Assembly (NCBI RefSeq): GCF_049588175.1
Contig: NZ_JBAVFI010000111.1
Location: 1-41,162, forward strand
DNA: 41,162 nt
Direction of reading: 5' to 3'
From: Mesobacillus sp.
GTDB lineage: Bacteria > Bacillota > Bacilli > Bacillales > Cytobacillaceae
Below are positions 9,420-19,399 of this stretch, piece after piece. How positions within the stretch are numbered: position 1 is the stretch's first letter; every line of letters begins with the position of its first letter. The translations under genes and the position numbers were made by a program. A model generated the notes under the pieces. It had not been told where the DNA came from. It saw nothing but the letters and a program-made list of their open reading frames with translations, and made no database searches.

Positions 9420-9444
9420 AAAAAAACGCTCCTGCACAGAGCGT
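9420..9444 (-). terminator. intrinsic terminator after ndoA
   Basis: ACGCTC-7 nt-GAGCGT followed by a T tract, just after the stop. Confidence 0.7.
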
Positions 9445-9452
9445 ACTTTAAA

Positions 9453-9803
9453 TTAAAATTCAATAAGACCTAAACTTACCTGAAGGGCTTCATCCACTTT
9501 TTCCATCATTTCGTCATCGAGATGGGTAATTTTATCGGTTAGGCGCTGTTTGTCAATTGTGCGAATTTGTTCCAATAATATAACCGAGTCTCGTTCAAAA
9601 CCGTACCGCTTCGCATCAATTTCAACATGAGTTGGAAGCTTCGCTTTTTGGATTTGAGCTGTGATCGCTGCGATAATGACTGTGGGACTAAACCGATTCC
9701 CGATGTCGTTTTGGATGACCAGTACAGGGCGTACTCCGCCTTGCTCTGAACCAACAACTGGGGATAGGTCCGCAAAATAGACGTCACCACGTTTGACAAT
9801 CAA
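9453..9803 (-). CDS. ndoA: MazF/PemK family endoribonuclease toxin EndoA
   Basis: [33 protein letters not shown]; near-identical to Bacillus EndoA as I recall it. Confidence 0.98.
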   Translation of the reverse strand: MIVKRGDVYFADLSPVVGSEQGGVRPVLVIQNDIGNRFSPTVIIAAITAQIQKAKLPTHVEIDAKRYGFERDSVILLEQIRTIDKQRLTDKITHLDDEMMEKVDEALQVSLGLIEF

Positions 9804-9807
9804 GGGA

Positions 9808-10089
9808 TTATCCTCCGCTGACTAGACGTTCAACTGCGTGTTCTGCCTCGTATTCTGCTTGAAATGCCTCAGAAGCAATGGTCAGATTAATTTTGGCCAT
9901 TTCCATATAGCCTCGTCTCATGGATTCACGAATTTGTCTCTTTTTCTTCTCACGCAAATACATTTTTGTAGCCTGATAAATAAATTCGCTGCGGTTTACG
10001 TTCTCCTGCTTAACAAATCCATCTAGTTCACTTAATAGATGCTGCGGTAACTTAACCAAAATCTCAGTTGTTGCGCTGGATTCAGACAC
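9808..10089 (-). CDS. ndoAI: antitoxin EndoAI (RHH/CopG)
   Basis: [13 protein letters not shown]...[11 protein letters not shown] start at SESSA gives better GGAGG spacing. Confidence 0.95.
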   Translation of the reverse strand: MSESSATTEILVKLPQHLLSELDGFVKQENVNRSEFIYQATKMYLREKKKRQIRESMRRGYMEMAKINLTIASEAFQAEYEAEHAVERLVSGG

Positions 10090-10155
10090 AAACATACACC
10101 TCCACCATCATCACTACATACCGTTATTAAATTCTTTATCTCTCTACCATTTCTA

Positions 10156-10183
10156 ATCTTATCACTATTTATCCCAGATGCAA
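10156..10183 (-). promoter_or_regulatory. candidate SigA promoter of ndoAI-ndoA
   Basis: TTGCAT-16 bp-TAAGAT with TGn extended -10. Confidence 0.5.
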
Positions 10184-10309
10184 AGGCTAATCAGCAATTC
10201 TTCTGTATTATCCGCCAAAAAAATAAGGTTTTATGCAATGTTTTAAGCGAAAAAATAGTTTTGTTAATATTTGGATAATAATAGCCGTTTTCTTAAGCGT
10301 TTCATCCCT

Positions 10310-11467
10310 TTAAAGCAGAGAATTGTTTAAATCCACTATTTTTCCTTCCTGTTTGTAAATCCTCGGTACACGTGAAGATATGATGCAGGGAACTTCATAA
10401 TTGATTGTTTCCAGCCTTTTCGCAATTTCATTGATGGAAATCATCTCATCCCCTTGTTTTCCGATCAGGGTGGCAATCGTCCCTACAGAAACCTCATTAG
10501 GCAGCTTAACCATGCACTGATCCATACAAATCCGCCCGATGATCGGGGATCGTTTACCATTTATCAATACTTCCTGTCCCTGAAGCCTGCGGATCCAGCC
10601 ATCAGCATAACCTATCGGCAGTGTTCCGACCCAAATATCTTCAGCCGCCTCATAGGTTGCCCCGTAACTTACCTTTTGGCCCTTTTCAAGCTTCTTCACA
10701 TGCACAAGTCGTGAATGGAGGGTGAACGCTTCATTTAATCGAACTGGCAGCTCCGGTTCAATCTCCAATGAAGGAGTTAATCCATACATAGCGATGCCGA
10801 CCCTGACTGCGTTGAATTGAGCATCAGCATGCATGAGAGCAGCCGCACTATTGCTGCTGTGCACACATGGAGGGAGCTCCTCCAGCGTCGCGAGCAATTC
10901 TTTAAAAATGCCGAGCTGCTCCTTATAGTACGTTTGATCAAGTTCATCAGCTGTTGCAAAATGCGTATACACTCCATGAAGCTCGAGCCGCGGATCTTCC
11001 TGGATCGACTTTTCAATCGATTTCAGTTCTCCTGCTGACCGTATTCCGATCCGGCCCATACCTGTATCTATTTTTATATGAAGAGAAATGGAAGCACCGC
11101 CTTTAAGAACCTCACGTGCTTTTGCCAGCCATTCCTCCTGGAAAACAGTTAGAATGATGTCTTCCTCCGCAGCAATGTTAACGTCCTCAGGGCGGCTTGC
11201 GCCAAGCACAAGGACTGGTGCGGTTATCCCCTTTTTCCTTAATGCAAGGGCCTCGTCCATAAAAGCAACAGCCAGCATGGATGCTCCCGCCTCAAGCGCA
11301 GCTTCTGCTGTTTGCAAATCCCCATGGCCATATGCGTTCGCCTTCACCACCGCTATAAAATCAACCTCTTCAGGCAGATGGCCTTTAATCGCCTTCACGT
11401 TTTCTTTAATATGATCCAAATCCACCTCTGCCCATGTATCACGGTAAAAAAATCCTTGCTCCTCCAC
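10310..11467 (-). CDS. alr: alanine racemase
   Basis: [14 protein letters not shown] lysine, [23 protein letters not shown]. Confidence 0.98.
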   Translation of the reverse strand: MEEQGFFYRDTWAEVDLDHIKENVKAIKGHLPEEVDFIAVVKANAYGHGDLQTAEAALEAGASMLAVAFMDEALALRKKGITAPVLVLGASRPEDVNIAAEEDIILTVFQEEWLAKAREVLKGGASISLHIKIDTGMGRIGIRSAGELKSIEKSIQEDPRLELHGVYTHFATADELDQTYYKEQLGIFKELLATLEELPPCVHSSNSAAALMHADAQFNAVRVGIAMYGLTPSLEIEPELPVRLNEAFTLHSRLVHVKKLEKGQKVSYGATYEAAEDIWVGTLPIGYADGWIRRLQGQEVLINGKRSPIIGRICMDQCMVKLPNEVSVGTIATLIGKQGDEMISINEIAKRLETINYEVPCIISSRVPRIYKQEGKIVDLNNSLL

Positions 11468-11511
11468 CGAAACTCCACTTCCTTCAGACCGAACATTTTA
11501 TTTATTTTACC

Positions 11512-11540
11512 ATTATCGAATTCCATCGGTTCAATGTCAA
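11512..11540 (-). promoter_or_regulatory. SigA promoter of alr
   Basis: TTGACA-17 bp-GATAAT. Confidence 0.65.
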
Positions 11541-11662
11541 ATGGTTAATATAGTTTGTGGAGAACGGCCTTATTTTCATAAAATTCAATCGTTCGTGTCA
11601 AATCCACTTACATTTGCCTACCTTTTACCTCAAGGAATAGTTCAGAAGAGAGCAGGAGTTAA

Positions 11663-11776
11663 GATATTCCGAAAATTTATCTTTTATTCCGGAATCCCCG
11701 GCATTTATTCCGAAAAAATCCGATTTATTCCGAAAACCATCTCGTTTATTCCGAAAAAAAAGGATTTATTCCGAAA
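11663..11776. repeat. phased short-repeat array, 6 x (T)TATTCCGRA at 20-21 bp period
   Basis: TATTCCG at 11665, 11685, 11706, 11726, 11747, 11767 with variable linkers. Confidence 0.88.
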
Positions 11777-11794
11777 TACCTATTTCATCCAAAT

Positions 11795-11826
11795 AAAAAA
11801 CAGGCTCAGGTTGCTCTGAGCCTGTT
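11795..11826 (-). terminator. intrinsic terminator after ydcC
   Basis: AACAGGCTCAG-6 nt-CTGAGCCTGTT followed by a T tract. Confidence 0.85.
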
Positions 11827-11836
11827 ATTCGCAATC

Positions 11837-12850
11837 TTATTTTTCCATGTCGGCAACCACTGATTTTGCTACCATTTCTAATTCTTCTGGTGACAAGTCG
11901 GCAGAAGCCAGCATATAGTCTACTCCAAGGTGTGTCCATGAAATCGATGTTTCAGTCATGGCGCCGATTGTAAATCCAAGGTCAACAGGCTGGCCAGTCA
12001 CGTTGATTGGAGAAGACATTGCTGGCATTGCGTCAGCTTTCTCCTGAATCAAGGTGAAGGACTTGTCGCCGTCGTATGTTAAGACGACTCGCTTGCCATC
12101 CTCCGTTGTGATTTCCTTTTCATCCACTAATGTGACGCCAGGGATTTCAGCCATTGGATACTTGACCGTGAATGCCTTGTCATTGACATCTGCCATAACT
12201 GGCACTTCAAGCTGTACACGTGTCATGTTTTTCTTCATGTCAAATGCATCTTTATCAAAGCTAGCGTCGAATTTAACCTCTGAAAATTCCACCGTAACAA
12301 GTGAATTGCGGTCAGGATCCATTACCTTCACGCTTACCGGAGAAAGATTCTTTTTGTTCAGCTTAATTTCCTGGATCGGAAGCATCTTATTGTTTTGGTA
12401 CCTTGTTTTCGTTTCAAAAACATAATGATTCTTTGTTGCTGAGAACTTCGCTTGTTTGTCCTCGAGGATATCTGTGATTAAAGATTCGTATAAGTACGCC
12501 TGGCTGCTGTTTTTCGGCCAGTCGCTCTGGAATCGGAAGCTTTTGTTCAGCGCAGGTGTCAAAACAAAAACTCCTTCTTCATTGCGAAGAATCATCTGGC
12601 TTTGGTCTTTCTGGGCATTCTTCAGATTCACACGGTAAAATGACGGATCCTTATGCCAGATTTCTACTTCATACACCTGAGGCTCCGTACCCATCTGCAA
12701 TGTCATTTTTGCCTTAGCCTTGTAACTCTTTAAATCATTGAGCGTTCCATCCAACTCTTTAACCACAGATTCCTGTGATTTCGTACCGCAGGCAGCCAGA
12801 GCAAAAATAACCATGAGCCCGGCGAGAAGCAGCAACAACCTTTTCTTCAT
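11837..12850 (-). CDS. ydcC: sporulation lipoprotein YdcC (LolA-like fold)
   Basis: Lipobox LAAC; QMILRNEEGVFVLTPALNKSFRFQSDWPKNSSQAYLYESL; between acpS and alr. Confidence 0.92.
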   Translation of the reverse strand: MKKRLLLLLAGLMVIFALAACGTKSQESVVKELDGTLNDLKSYKAKAKMTLQMGTEPQVYEVEIWHKDPSFYRVNLKNAQKDQSQMILRNEEGVFVLTPALNKSFRFQSDWPKNSSQAYLYESLITDILEDKQAKFSATKNHYVFETKTRYQNNKMLPIQEIKLNKKNLSPVSVKVMDPDRNSLVTVEFSEVKFDASFDKDAFDMKKNMTRVQLEVPVMADVNDKAFTVKYPMAEIPGVTLVDEKEITTEDGKRVVLTYDGDKSFTLIQEKADAMPAMSSPINVTGQPVDLGFTIGAMTETSISWTHLGVDYMLASADLSPEELEMVAKSVVADMEK

Positions 12851-12990
12851 TCTTCCAACCCCTTTTAGTCTCATTTAAACGTGTAAAGGGAAAGAAAGGA
12901 CAGGAATAAGACACTGACTGCAGATTGCCTGAGTTGTCTCTTTGCAGCCATGTTCCCGCCGCCTAGCCTTGTCTCCCTTACTGCATTATG

Positions 12991-13019
12991 AATATATGAG
13001 ACAACCAGGGTGAATATGA
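12991..13019 (-). promoter_or_regulatory. SigE promoter of ydcC
   Basis: TCATATT-14 bp-CATATATT, matching the SigE consensus; B. subtilis ydcC is SigE-controlled. Confidence 0.78.
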
Positions 13020-13037
13020 CCAAGCGATGACAAGCTT

Positions 13038-13391
13038 TTAAATTTTTTCGATGATGACCTGCGCAATCGCATACTGCTCACTATGGGATATAGAAAGGTG
13101 AACCCCATCCTTCATCGGCTTCATCACGGTTGGACGGCCATGCTGATCCGCTTCGATTTCAATATCCAGGAAGGATAATTCTTTGCCGATGCCCGTCCCT
13201 TTTGCTTTCGAAAATGCTTCTTTTGCAGCCCAGCGGCCAGCAAGAAACTCTACTCTTCTTCGTTCATTATATGTACTGTAAATGGTCTTTTCCTTTTCCG
13301 TAAGCACCCTGTCAGGAAAACGCGGCTGGGATTCAATCAGCTTCCTGATCCGGCCTATTTCAATAATGTCAACGCCAGTTCCTATGATCAT
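13038..13391 (-). CDS. acpS: holo-ACP synthase
   Basis: GTGVDIIEI, LAGRWAAKEAFSKA.GTG, HLSISHS. Confidence 0.97.
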   Translation of the reverse strand: MIIGTGVDIIEIGRIRKLIESQPRFPDRVLTEKEKTIYSTYNERRRVEFLAGRWAAKEAFSKAKGTGIGKELSFLDIEIEADQHGRPTVMKPMKDGVHLSISHSEQYAIAQVIIEKI

Positions 13392-13495
13392 TTTTCTTGC
13401 TCCTTCTAAAAAAGTTACATTCCGCATACAAAATATTGTACAACGATCTGAGATTAAGGCTATGCTTTTATATATTAGTACCCAGGAGGTTTGGC

Positions 13496-14083
13496 ATGTT
13501 TACGAGAACTGAAAGCTTTCGTGATTTCGTCAGGTTTTACCCAATTGTTACATTGATTATCTCTATCCATATCTTATTATATTTGGCGACTACAATACCA
13601 TTCTTGCCAAGCAGATATTTGTTTGAGCTGCTTTCAGGCGTAAATTTGTACATTGTAAATGGTGAATACTGGCGGCTGATCACCCCGATGTTCATGCACG
13701 CCGGCTTTGCGCATATGCTTTTTAACAGCTTTTCGCTCGTCTTATTCGGTCCGGCCCTTGAACAATTGCTGGGGAGAACGAAATTCATCCTGTTATATTT
13801 AGCAACAGGGATTGCTGCAAACATCGCAACACTTACCATAGAGCCACTAACGTATACTCATGTTGGTTCGAGTGGAGCTATCTTTGGACTGTTCGGTTTC
13901 TATATTGCAATCATTGTGTTCCGTAAGGCCATGCTGTCCCGGGAAAACTCCCAAACAATCATGACCATAGCGATCATCGGGGTTGTGATGACCTTCGTCC
14001 AATCCAATATCAACATAACCGCCCATATTTTCGGTCTGATTGCCGGATTTATGATTGGCGCTGCTATTTTTAAAAAACGCTGA
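13496..14083 (+). CDS. ydcA: rhomboid intramembrane serine protease (YdcA)
   Basis: WRLITP, H..FN, GSSG catalytic Ser, AHIFG His; AGGAGG RBS before MFTRTE. Confidence 0.93.
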   Translation: MFTRTESFRDFVRFYPIVTLIISIHILLYLATTIPFLPSRYLFELLSGVNLYIVNGEYWRLITPMFMHAGFAHMLFNSFSLVLFGPALEQLLGRTKFILLYLATGIAANIATLTIEPLTYTHVGSSGAIFGLFGFYIAIIVFRKAMLSRENSQTIMTIAIIGVVMTFVQSNINITAHIFGLIAGFMIGAAIFKKR

Positions 14084-14108
14084 CAGAAAATCAACTTGCT
14101 TCTGCATA

Positions 14109-14137
14109 GAAAAAAGCGCCGGATTGGCGCTTTTTTC
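14109..14137. terminator. bidirectional terminator (ydcA / ydbT)
   Basis: GAAAAAAGCGCC-5 nt-GGCGCTTTTTTC. Confidence 0.85.
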
Positions 14138-14165
14138 TTTTAACCACAGGCAGGTTGCCCCTGTA

Positions 14166-15614
14166 TTACTCTGCAGCTTCATGCGAATACCAATGATAAA
14201 TCATATCGGCATCCTTTTTCTCAAGGTCGATTACTTTACCGCCCGTCCCGCCATGGCCCGATTTCACAATTGCTTCTACGGTTGCCAGCTTCTTTTTTCG
14301 CTGGAAAAAGCTTTCCTTGACGGAAAAGGACTGGACTTTATTTTTCCTCATAAAAACAGTGCTCTTCACAATACGGCGGTAGCGGAATGTCAGCATGCCG
14401 CTGTCTATATTCCAGCCGGCATCCTTAAAATTCAAGAATGACCACAGTGCAGAAACCGCAAGCAGAACAAGCGCTGTATATCCCCATGGCCTGAAAAACC
14501 AAATAGCCGAAATGATAATCGGAAGGATGAGGATCCAGCCTTTTAATAAGTATCTTAAATACGCTCGTATCGGCGCGGGCGCAAGCCTGGTCCGAAATCG
14601 GTAATCCGTTAAGTACGGTTCAAGCAAATCTGGTATCCGGCTTTTTTTTACTATCGGAAGAATGAGTACCTGTGAGCTTTCATGATCTAGAGCAGAGCCC
14701 CCGGCACTTTCAAGGTAGGCAGAGGCATAGCCAAGCGGCTGCCTGATCAGGTTTTCACTGATGCGGACTGCCTGGATGCGATTCAAAGGAATCGTAAATT
14801 GCCGCTTCTCCAGCAAACCCCTAGTGATCACGAGGTCATTATCCACTTTCCTTACGGTAAAATTCGCGTATTTCAGCATCGTGCCAAAAAGAGCGATGAT
14901 CCAAGCCAGCAAAAATCCTGCAAAGACGACGAAACTGACAAATATGAATCCACTTTGAACGAAAGTTTCCACTCCATCAAAAATTTGTTCATAAGGGATG
15001 AATTCTTCGAACTGAAAAACAAATGCCATTACAGCTGAAATGACGACACCGACTCCCCCAGAAGTCGAAGAAAGCATCAGCAATTCTTTTATCGAGATTT
15101 TATAAAGCACGTCCTCACTAGCTTCCAGTTCGTGTTCGTCCTGCTCCAGCCTGTCTGTCCTTTTGATTGATACTAAATAGGTATGTATTTCTTCCGCATC
15201 CTGCTTGGTGATCGCGGTCAGGACCGCTTCTCCATCCTGGAGTCCCATCCCACCTGAGCCAGCAGTCTCAACCTTCACCTTCACAAGGCCGAACAGCCTT
15301 TGTAAAATACCCTCTGATAAATCAAGACTCTGGATTCTTTCAAAAGGAATATAACGCTTTTTACGCACGATCAACCCATATTCAATTCTAAGTTCCCCTT
15401 GCTCGATGCGGTAGGTGAACCTGTACCAGGTCAGAATACCGTACACGAATACGAGCACAACAGCAGCGATCGATCCGTAAAAATAAAACTGGTCCCAATT
15501 CGTCCCCCGGCTTCCGAACACCACAAATACCAGAAACGGGATAATCAATTCCTTCAGCTGACGAAGAGCATTGACGACAGCAGCAACTGGGTGCAGCCTC
15601 TTCGGTTCAGACAT
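14166..15614 (-). CDS. ydbT: bacterial PH domain membrane protein YdbT
   Basis: MSEPKRLHP start, repeated bPH_2 motifs (IPFERIQS, IPLNRIQA, KNKVQS), TM pairs. Confidence 0.9.
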   Translation of the reverse strand: MSEPKRLHPVAAVVNALRQLKELIIPFLVFVVFGSRGTNWDQFYFYGSIAAVVLVFVYGILTWYRFTYRIEQGELRIEYGLIVRKKRYIPFERIQSLDLSEGILQRLFGLVKVKVETAGSGGMGLQDGEAVLTAITKQDAEEIHTYLVSIKRTDRLEQDEHELEASEDVLYKISIKELLMLSSTSGGVGVVISAVMAFVFQFEEFIPYEQIFDGVETFVQSGFIFVSFVVFAGFLLAWIIALFGTMLKYANFTVRKVDNDLVITRGLLEKRQFTIPLNRIQAVRISENLIRQPLGYASAYLESAGGSALDHESSQVLILPIVKKSRIPDLLEPYLTDYRFRTRLAPAPIRAYLRYLLKGWILILPIIISAIWFFRPWGYTALVLLAVSALWSFLNFKDAGWNIDSGMLTFRYRRIVKSTVFMRKNKVQSFSVKESFFQRKKKLATVEAIVKSGHGGTGGKVIDLEKKDADMIYHWYSHEAAE

Positions 15615-16089
15615 CCTCATCCGCCACCCTTGCAAGCCTCGAGATGGAAGTCCTCAAGTACTCCGCTTCTTCCATATCAAGCGCAGGTATTTCATGAACT
15701 GTCGCAGCCGTGGAAACGGTTACTGTCGATAACCGGTACTTCCTCAGCAGCGGACCTTGCTGGGTATCAACATGCTGCACCCGAATCATAGGAATCAGTG
15801 TCTTCTTTATAATGAATACCCCGTACAGAAGTTCAATCTCCTGCTCCCTGACCTCATAACGCCATCGTTTCCAGCGCAGAGTCGGCAGTAAAAAAATGAA
15901 TAAATAGCTATATAATGCTGCCACCATCAAGGCAGCCCCAATAATCCAATAAGGCCAATCAAATAAAACAGTCAAAGTGATCAGACCGCCCGCTATAAGC
16001 CAAACCACCAAAGAATGGAGGCAAGCAGATATTTTCCAGACAGTCAAAGCCCGCTCGGAAATACGCTTCTGCGGTTCAGAAATCGTCAT
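15607..16089 (-). CDS. ydbS: bacterial PH domain membrane protein YdbS
   Basis: Two TMs then WRYEV...IPMIRVQHVDTQQGPL; AGGAGG RBS before MTISEP. Confidence 0.9.
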   Translation of the reverse strand: MTISEPQKRISERALTVWKISACLHSLVVWLIAGGLITLTVLFDWPYWIIGAALMVAALYSYLFIFLLPTLRWKRWRYEVREQEIELLYGVFIIKKTLIPMIRVQHVDTQQGPLLRKYRLSTVTVSTAATVHEIPALDMEEAEYLRTSISRLARVADEDV

Positions 16090-16314
16090 AAAGCAACCTC
16101 CTGCTTTTCCAATTAATAGCACCTTCCTAAGTATACAACATGAATACTTTGTTGGGCATTAATTTCAGGCGACAGGTGTGTTTTGAGATTTGGAGCCATT
16201 AAACATTTACAGCTTATTGGAGAGAAAAATAGGTCAGCAGCTTCCCAGTATCGCGCCTCTGCCAGGCAGTAAATCGTCCATTATACAAGCAGGAGACATT
16301 TCGGAAAATCCGAA

Positions 16315-17280
16315 TTATTTTAACAAAAAACTGCTGCCATCCATCGCTTCTACATCTGGAATCTTCTTTAAATCCTCCGCCAGCTTGAATAAGGCAAGGT
16401 CTTTCTTTTTCGCTTCGATCATGCAATGGATTTCAGGCACTGACCCCTTTATGCCCCGAAGAAAATCCATGAACATTTCCACATCGATGTATTCAGCATG
16501 GGCCCTGAATTCTTTTTCGGATCGCGGGCTGGATATATGCATTTTCACAGGCAGCCTGCAATGCTCCCACGTTCCAACGATCCTCTCCCATTGCTCCTGC
16601 CAATTTATATCCTCATGATGCGCCAGGTGATGGTGGTAGTCGAAAACAAGCGGGATGCCTAATTTTTCACAGAGATAAAGAGTATCGTGAAGGGTAAAGG
16701 ATGTATCGTCATTCTCAAGGATGATCATGTCCTGCAGTCTTGTTGAGACAAGTCCCCAGTTATGGATGAACTGTTCAAGCGCCTTCTCCCTGTCATCATA
16801 AACCCCGCCCACATGAAGGACGCAGCGGTGCTCCGGATCAATTCCCATTCCCTTCAGCAAAGCATGATGCATTGCCAGCGTCTTCACCGAATTATTGAGC
16901 GTGTCTGTTTTGAGAGTATTCAGCAGCACAAAATGATCCGGATGGAAATCCACCCGCATCGGATTCTTTTGTAAAAAATCCGCTATGTCCTGCAATGGCT
17001 CTTTTAGCGTCCGCATGAATTTCCAATCTGAAAGCTCCTCGTGATTAGCAAGCGGAATCAACCTCGAACTCAGCCTGAAAAAATGAATCTCATTTGCCTT
17101 ACTGTGCCTCAAGAGGCGCAAGCAATTCTCTAAGTTTGAGACCGCAATCCTCTCAAGCTTATTGATCGCCGCTTCCCGGTCCTTGATTGCCTGGAATTGT
17201 TTAAATGTCATTGTCTGCGACGGAGAAGCATTTTTCAGCTCCTCACTCATCGCCACATATCCGAGTCTCACAATCGTCAT
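16315..17280 (-). CDS. uvsE: UV DNA damage endonuclease UvsE
   Basis: RLGY, FFRLSS, HPDHF, HVGG, LENDD, FDYHHH, HISSP, MIEAKKKD. Confidence 0.95.
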   Translation of the reverse strand: MTIVRLGYVAMSEELKNASPSQTMTFKQFQAIKDREAAINKLERIAVSNLENCLRLLRHSKANEIHFFRLSSRLIPLANHEELSDWKFMRTLKEPLQDIADFLQKNPMRVDFHPDHFVLLNTLKTDTLNNSVKTLAMHHALLKGMGIDPEHRCVLHVGGVYDDREKALEQFIHNWGLVSTRLQDMIILENDDTSFTLHDTLYLCEKLGIPLVFDYHHHLAHHEDINWQEQWERIVGTWEHCRLPVKMHISSPRSEKEFRAHAEYIDVEMFMDFLRGIKGSVPEIHCMIEAKKKDLALFKLAEDLKKIPDVEAMDGSSFLLK

Positions 17281-17404
17281 CGCCTGCACCTCAACCGTTT
17301 TTTAACGGTAGTATGCCCAACAATGTGTTTGAATTTAAGTTTCGAAATTCCCAAGTGATTTTTCACTTCACGATTTAATTGGAAAAAATCATTAGTTTTT
17401 TCCA

Positions 17405-17500
17405 GTTCGCGGGATTTCGACAAAATTTCGCGGGAACAACGTGAACTTTCGCGGAATAGCCAGTTGTTTTCGCGGAATTAAAGCAGATTTTAACGGAATA
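17405..17500. repeat. phased short-repeat array, 5 x TTCGCGGRA at exact 21 bp period
   Basis: Cores at 17406, 17427, 17448, 17469 and a degenerate one (TTAACGGAA) at 17490. Confidence 0.88.
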
Positions 17501-17608
17501 CCTTATCTGACTATGAATTCACACTTTGTAAAAAGTGAAAATTTTCTCTTTCCAAGTATTTTTACTCCAAATATCATGGCATTGTCATAGTCTTTTTCAT
17601 TGACCCAC

Positions 17609-17646
17609 AAAAAAATCCCCGGTTTTATAATAAAACCAGGGATTTT
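17609..17646 (-). terminator. intrinsic terminator after cshA
   Basis: Long hairpin AAAATCCC.GGTTTTA / TAAAACC.GGGATTTT followed by a T tract. Confidence 0.85.
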
Positions 17647-17657
17647 CAACATTTTAT

Positions 17658-19133
17658 TTATCTTGGTGATCTAGATTTAAAGCTGCCGCCTTCTCTGCTG
17701 CCGCCGGAGCGCTTAGCGCCGCCAGATCTTGGCTTCAAAGGTGGCTTCTTGCGTCCGCCGCCGCCGCTGTTAGAATCGTATCTTCTGCGGTCTTGAGGTT
17801 TTTTGTTTCTGTTTGGAAGAGGCTTTTCCTCTGTTAGCTTAACAGGAGACATATCCGGCTCTTTTGTCAGCATTTTAAGCACTGAAGCAACAACAGTTGT
17901 TGCATCATGATTTCTTAACAATTCATCCGCTGCCTGACGGTAATACTGCAGGTTGTTGGCTTCGATTGTTGTCATGATTTTTTCAATGACTGCTTTTTGC
18001 TGGCCTTCTAAAGCTTCATCCATTGTTGGAGCTTTCAGCTTTTCCATACGGCGCTTAGTTGTTCTTTCTACTACCTGAAGGTAAGATTGCTCTCTTGCAG
18101 TAACGAAAGTGATGGCCATACCTGTTTTTCCTGCACGTCCAGTACGTCCAATACGGTGAACGTAGCTCTCTGGATCCTGAGGAATATCAAAGTTGTATAC
18201 GTGTGTAACGCCAGAAATATCCAAGCCACGAGCCGCTACATCCGTTGCAACAAGTACATCGATTGAACCTTCTTTGAACTTTCTTAATACTGACATACGC
18301 TTCGCCTGTGTAAGGTCTCCGTGGATTCCTTCTGCAGTATATCCGCGCAGGTTCAATGCTTCAGAAAGTTCATCTACACGGCGCTTTGTACGACCGAAAA
18401 TGATAGACAATTCTGGAGATTGAATATCAAGAAGTCTTGTAAGGACATCAAATTTATTCTTTTCCTGAACTTCAACATAGAATTGCTCGATTGAAGGAAC
18501 AGTCATTTCTTTCGCTTTTACACGAACGATTTGCGGATCCTTCATGAATCGCTCAGCAATCTTCTGAATTGGACCAGGCATTGTAGCAGAGAACAACAAT
18601 GTTTGACGCTCGCCAGGAATTTTAGCCAAGATATCTTCAATATCTTCGATAAAGCCCATATTCAGCATTTCGTCTGCTTCATCTAGGATGACAGTTTCAA
18701 CGTTGCTTAGGTCAATCGTCTTTCTGTTGATGTGGTCAAGAAGACGTCCAGGTGTACCTACGATAATATGCGGACCTTTTTTCAACGCGCGAATCTGGCG
18801 GCTGATATCCTGTCCGCCGTAAATCGCAAGAACGCCTACTCTCTTGCCAGAACCGATTTTATATAATTCTTCAGAAACCTGGATTGCCAATTCACGAGTT
18901 GGGGCAATGATGATTCCCTGGATATTAAGGTTTTCTTTTTTAATCTTTTCAACTAGAGGAATACCGAACGCTGCAGTCTTACCAGTACCTGTCTGTGCCT
19001 GGCCGATTACATCTTTGTTTTCAAGGCTGATCGGAATCGTTTGCGCCTGAATAGGAGTTGCTTCCTCAAAACCCATATTCTTTACAGCTTTTAATGTTGC
19101 GGGGCTAATGCCCATCTCTTGGAACATTGTCAA
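17658..19133 (-). CDS. cshA: DEAD-box RNA helicase CshA
   Basis: Q motif, [29 protein letters not shown], basic C-terminal tail; synteny. Confidence 0.96.
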   Translation of the reverse strand: MTMFQEMGISPATLKAVKNMGFEEATPIQAQTIPISLENKDVIGQAQTGTGKTAAFGIPLVEKIKKENLNIQGIIIAPTRELAIQVSEELYKIGSGKRVGVLAIYGGQDISRQIRALKKGPHIIVGTPGRLLDHINRKTIDLSNVETVILDEADEMLNMGFIEDIEDILAKIPGERQTLLFSATMPGPIQKIAERFMKDPQIVRVKAKEMTVPSIEQFYVEVQEKNKFDVLTRLLDIQSPELSIIFGRTKRRVDELSEALNLRGYTAEGIHGDLTQAKRMSVLRKFKEGSIDVLVATDVAARGLDISGVTHVYNFDIPQDPESYVHRIGRTGRAGKTGMAITFVTAREQSYLQVVERTTKRRMEKLKAPTMDEALEGQQKAVIEKIMTTIEANNLQYYRQAADELLRNHDATTVVASVLKMLTKEPDMSPVKLTEEKPLPNRNKKPQDRRRYDSNSGGGGRKKPPLKPRSGGAKRSGGSREGGSFKSRSPR

Positions 19134-19328
19134 CTTTGCTCATTCTCCTTTATATTCACATTTACTTTTATTATTAAGTGGCTGTTTAAGTATGATCCAA
19201 ACCATTTCTGATTCTGGTTAGTTTATTGTACCGTTTTATGGCAAAATAGGTGCTAGCACCTTGGTTTTAAGCAGGGCTGAATCAGCATTGAATATCGTAC
19301 GCTGAAGCACAGAACCTGAAATATTAGC

Positions 19329-19363
19329 AAAAAAAGGCATTCTCCAAACACGGGAGTATGTCC
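19329..19363 (-). terminator. terminator-like hairpin upstream of cshA
   Basis: GGACATACTCC / GGAGAATGCC imperfect stem followed by T7. Confidence 0.6.
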
Positions 19364-19399
19364 GCTTATAGGATTTTCTCAGATAGACACTCAATATTC

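Noticed and set aside
9453..10089. MazEF pair as a sign of a defence island or mobile element
   Set aside because: ndoAI-ndoA between alr and rsbR is the conserved core position in Bacillales
11541..11819. 92-aa ORF across the TATTCCG array
   Set aside because: Antisense to flanking genes, runs into a terminator, no RBS, frame shifts between repeat units
16090..16314. SigW promoter expected for ydbST
   Set aside because: No TGAAAC-N16-CGTA match found by eye; the 70-aa and 142-aa ORFs here overlap uvsE and look spurious
16315..17280. uvsE as a recent insertion
   Set aside because: Absent here in B. subtilis but, as I recall, next to cshA in other bacilli; no mobility signs or compositional shift
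11663..17500. CRISPR interpretation of the two phased arrays
   Set aside because: Cores of about 10 bp and linkers of about 10 bp are far too short; no cas genes or leader
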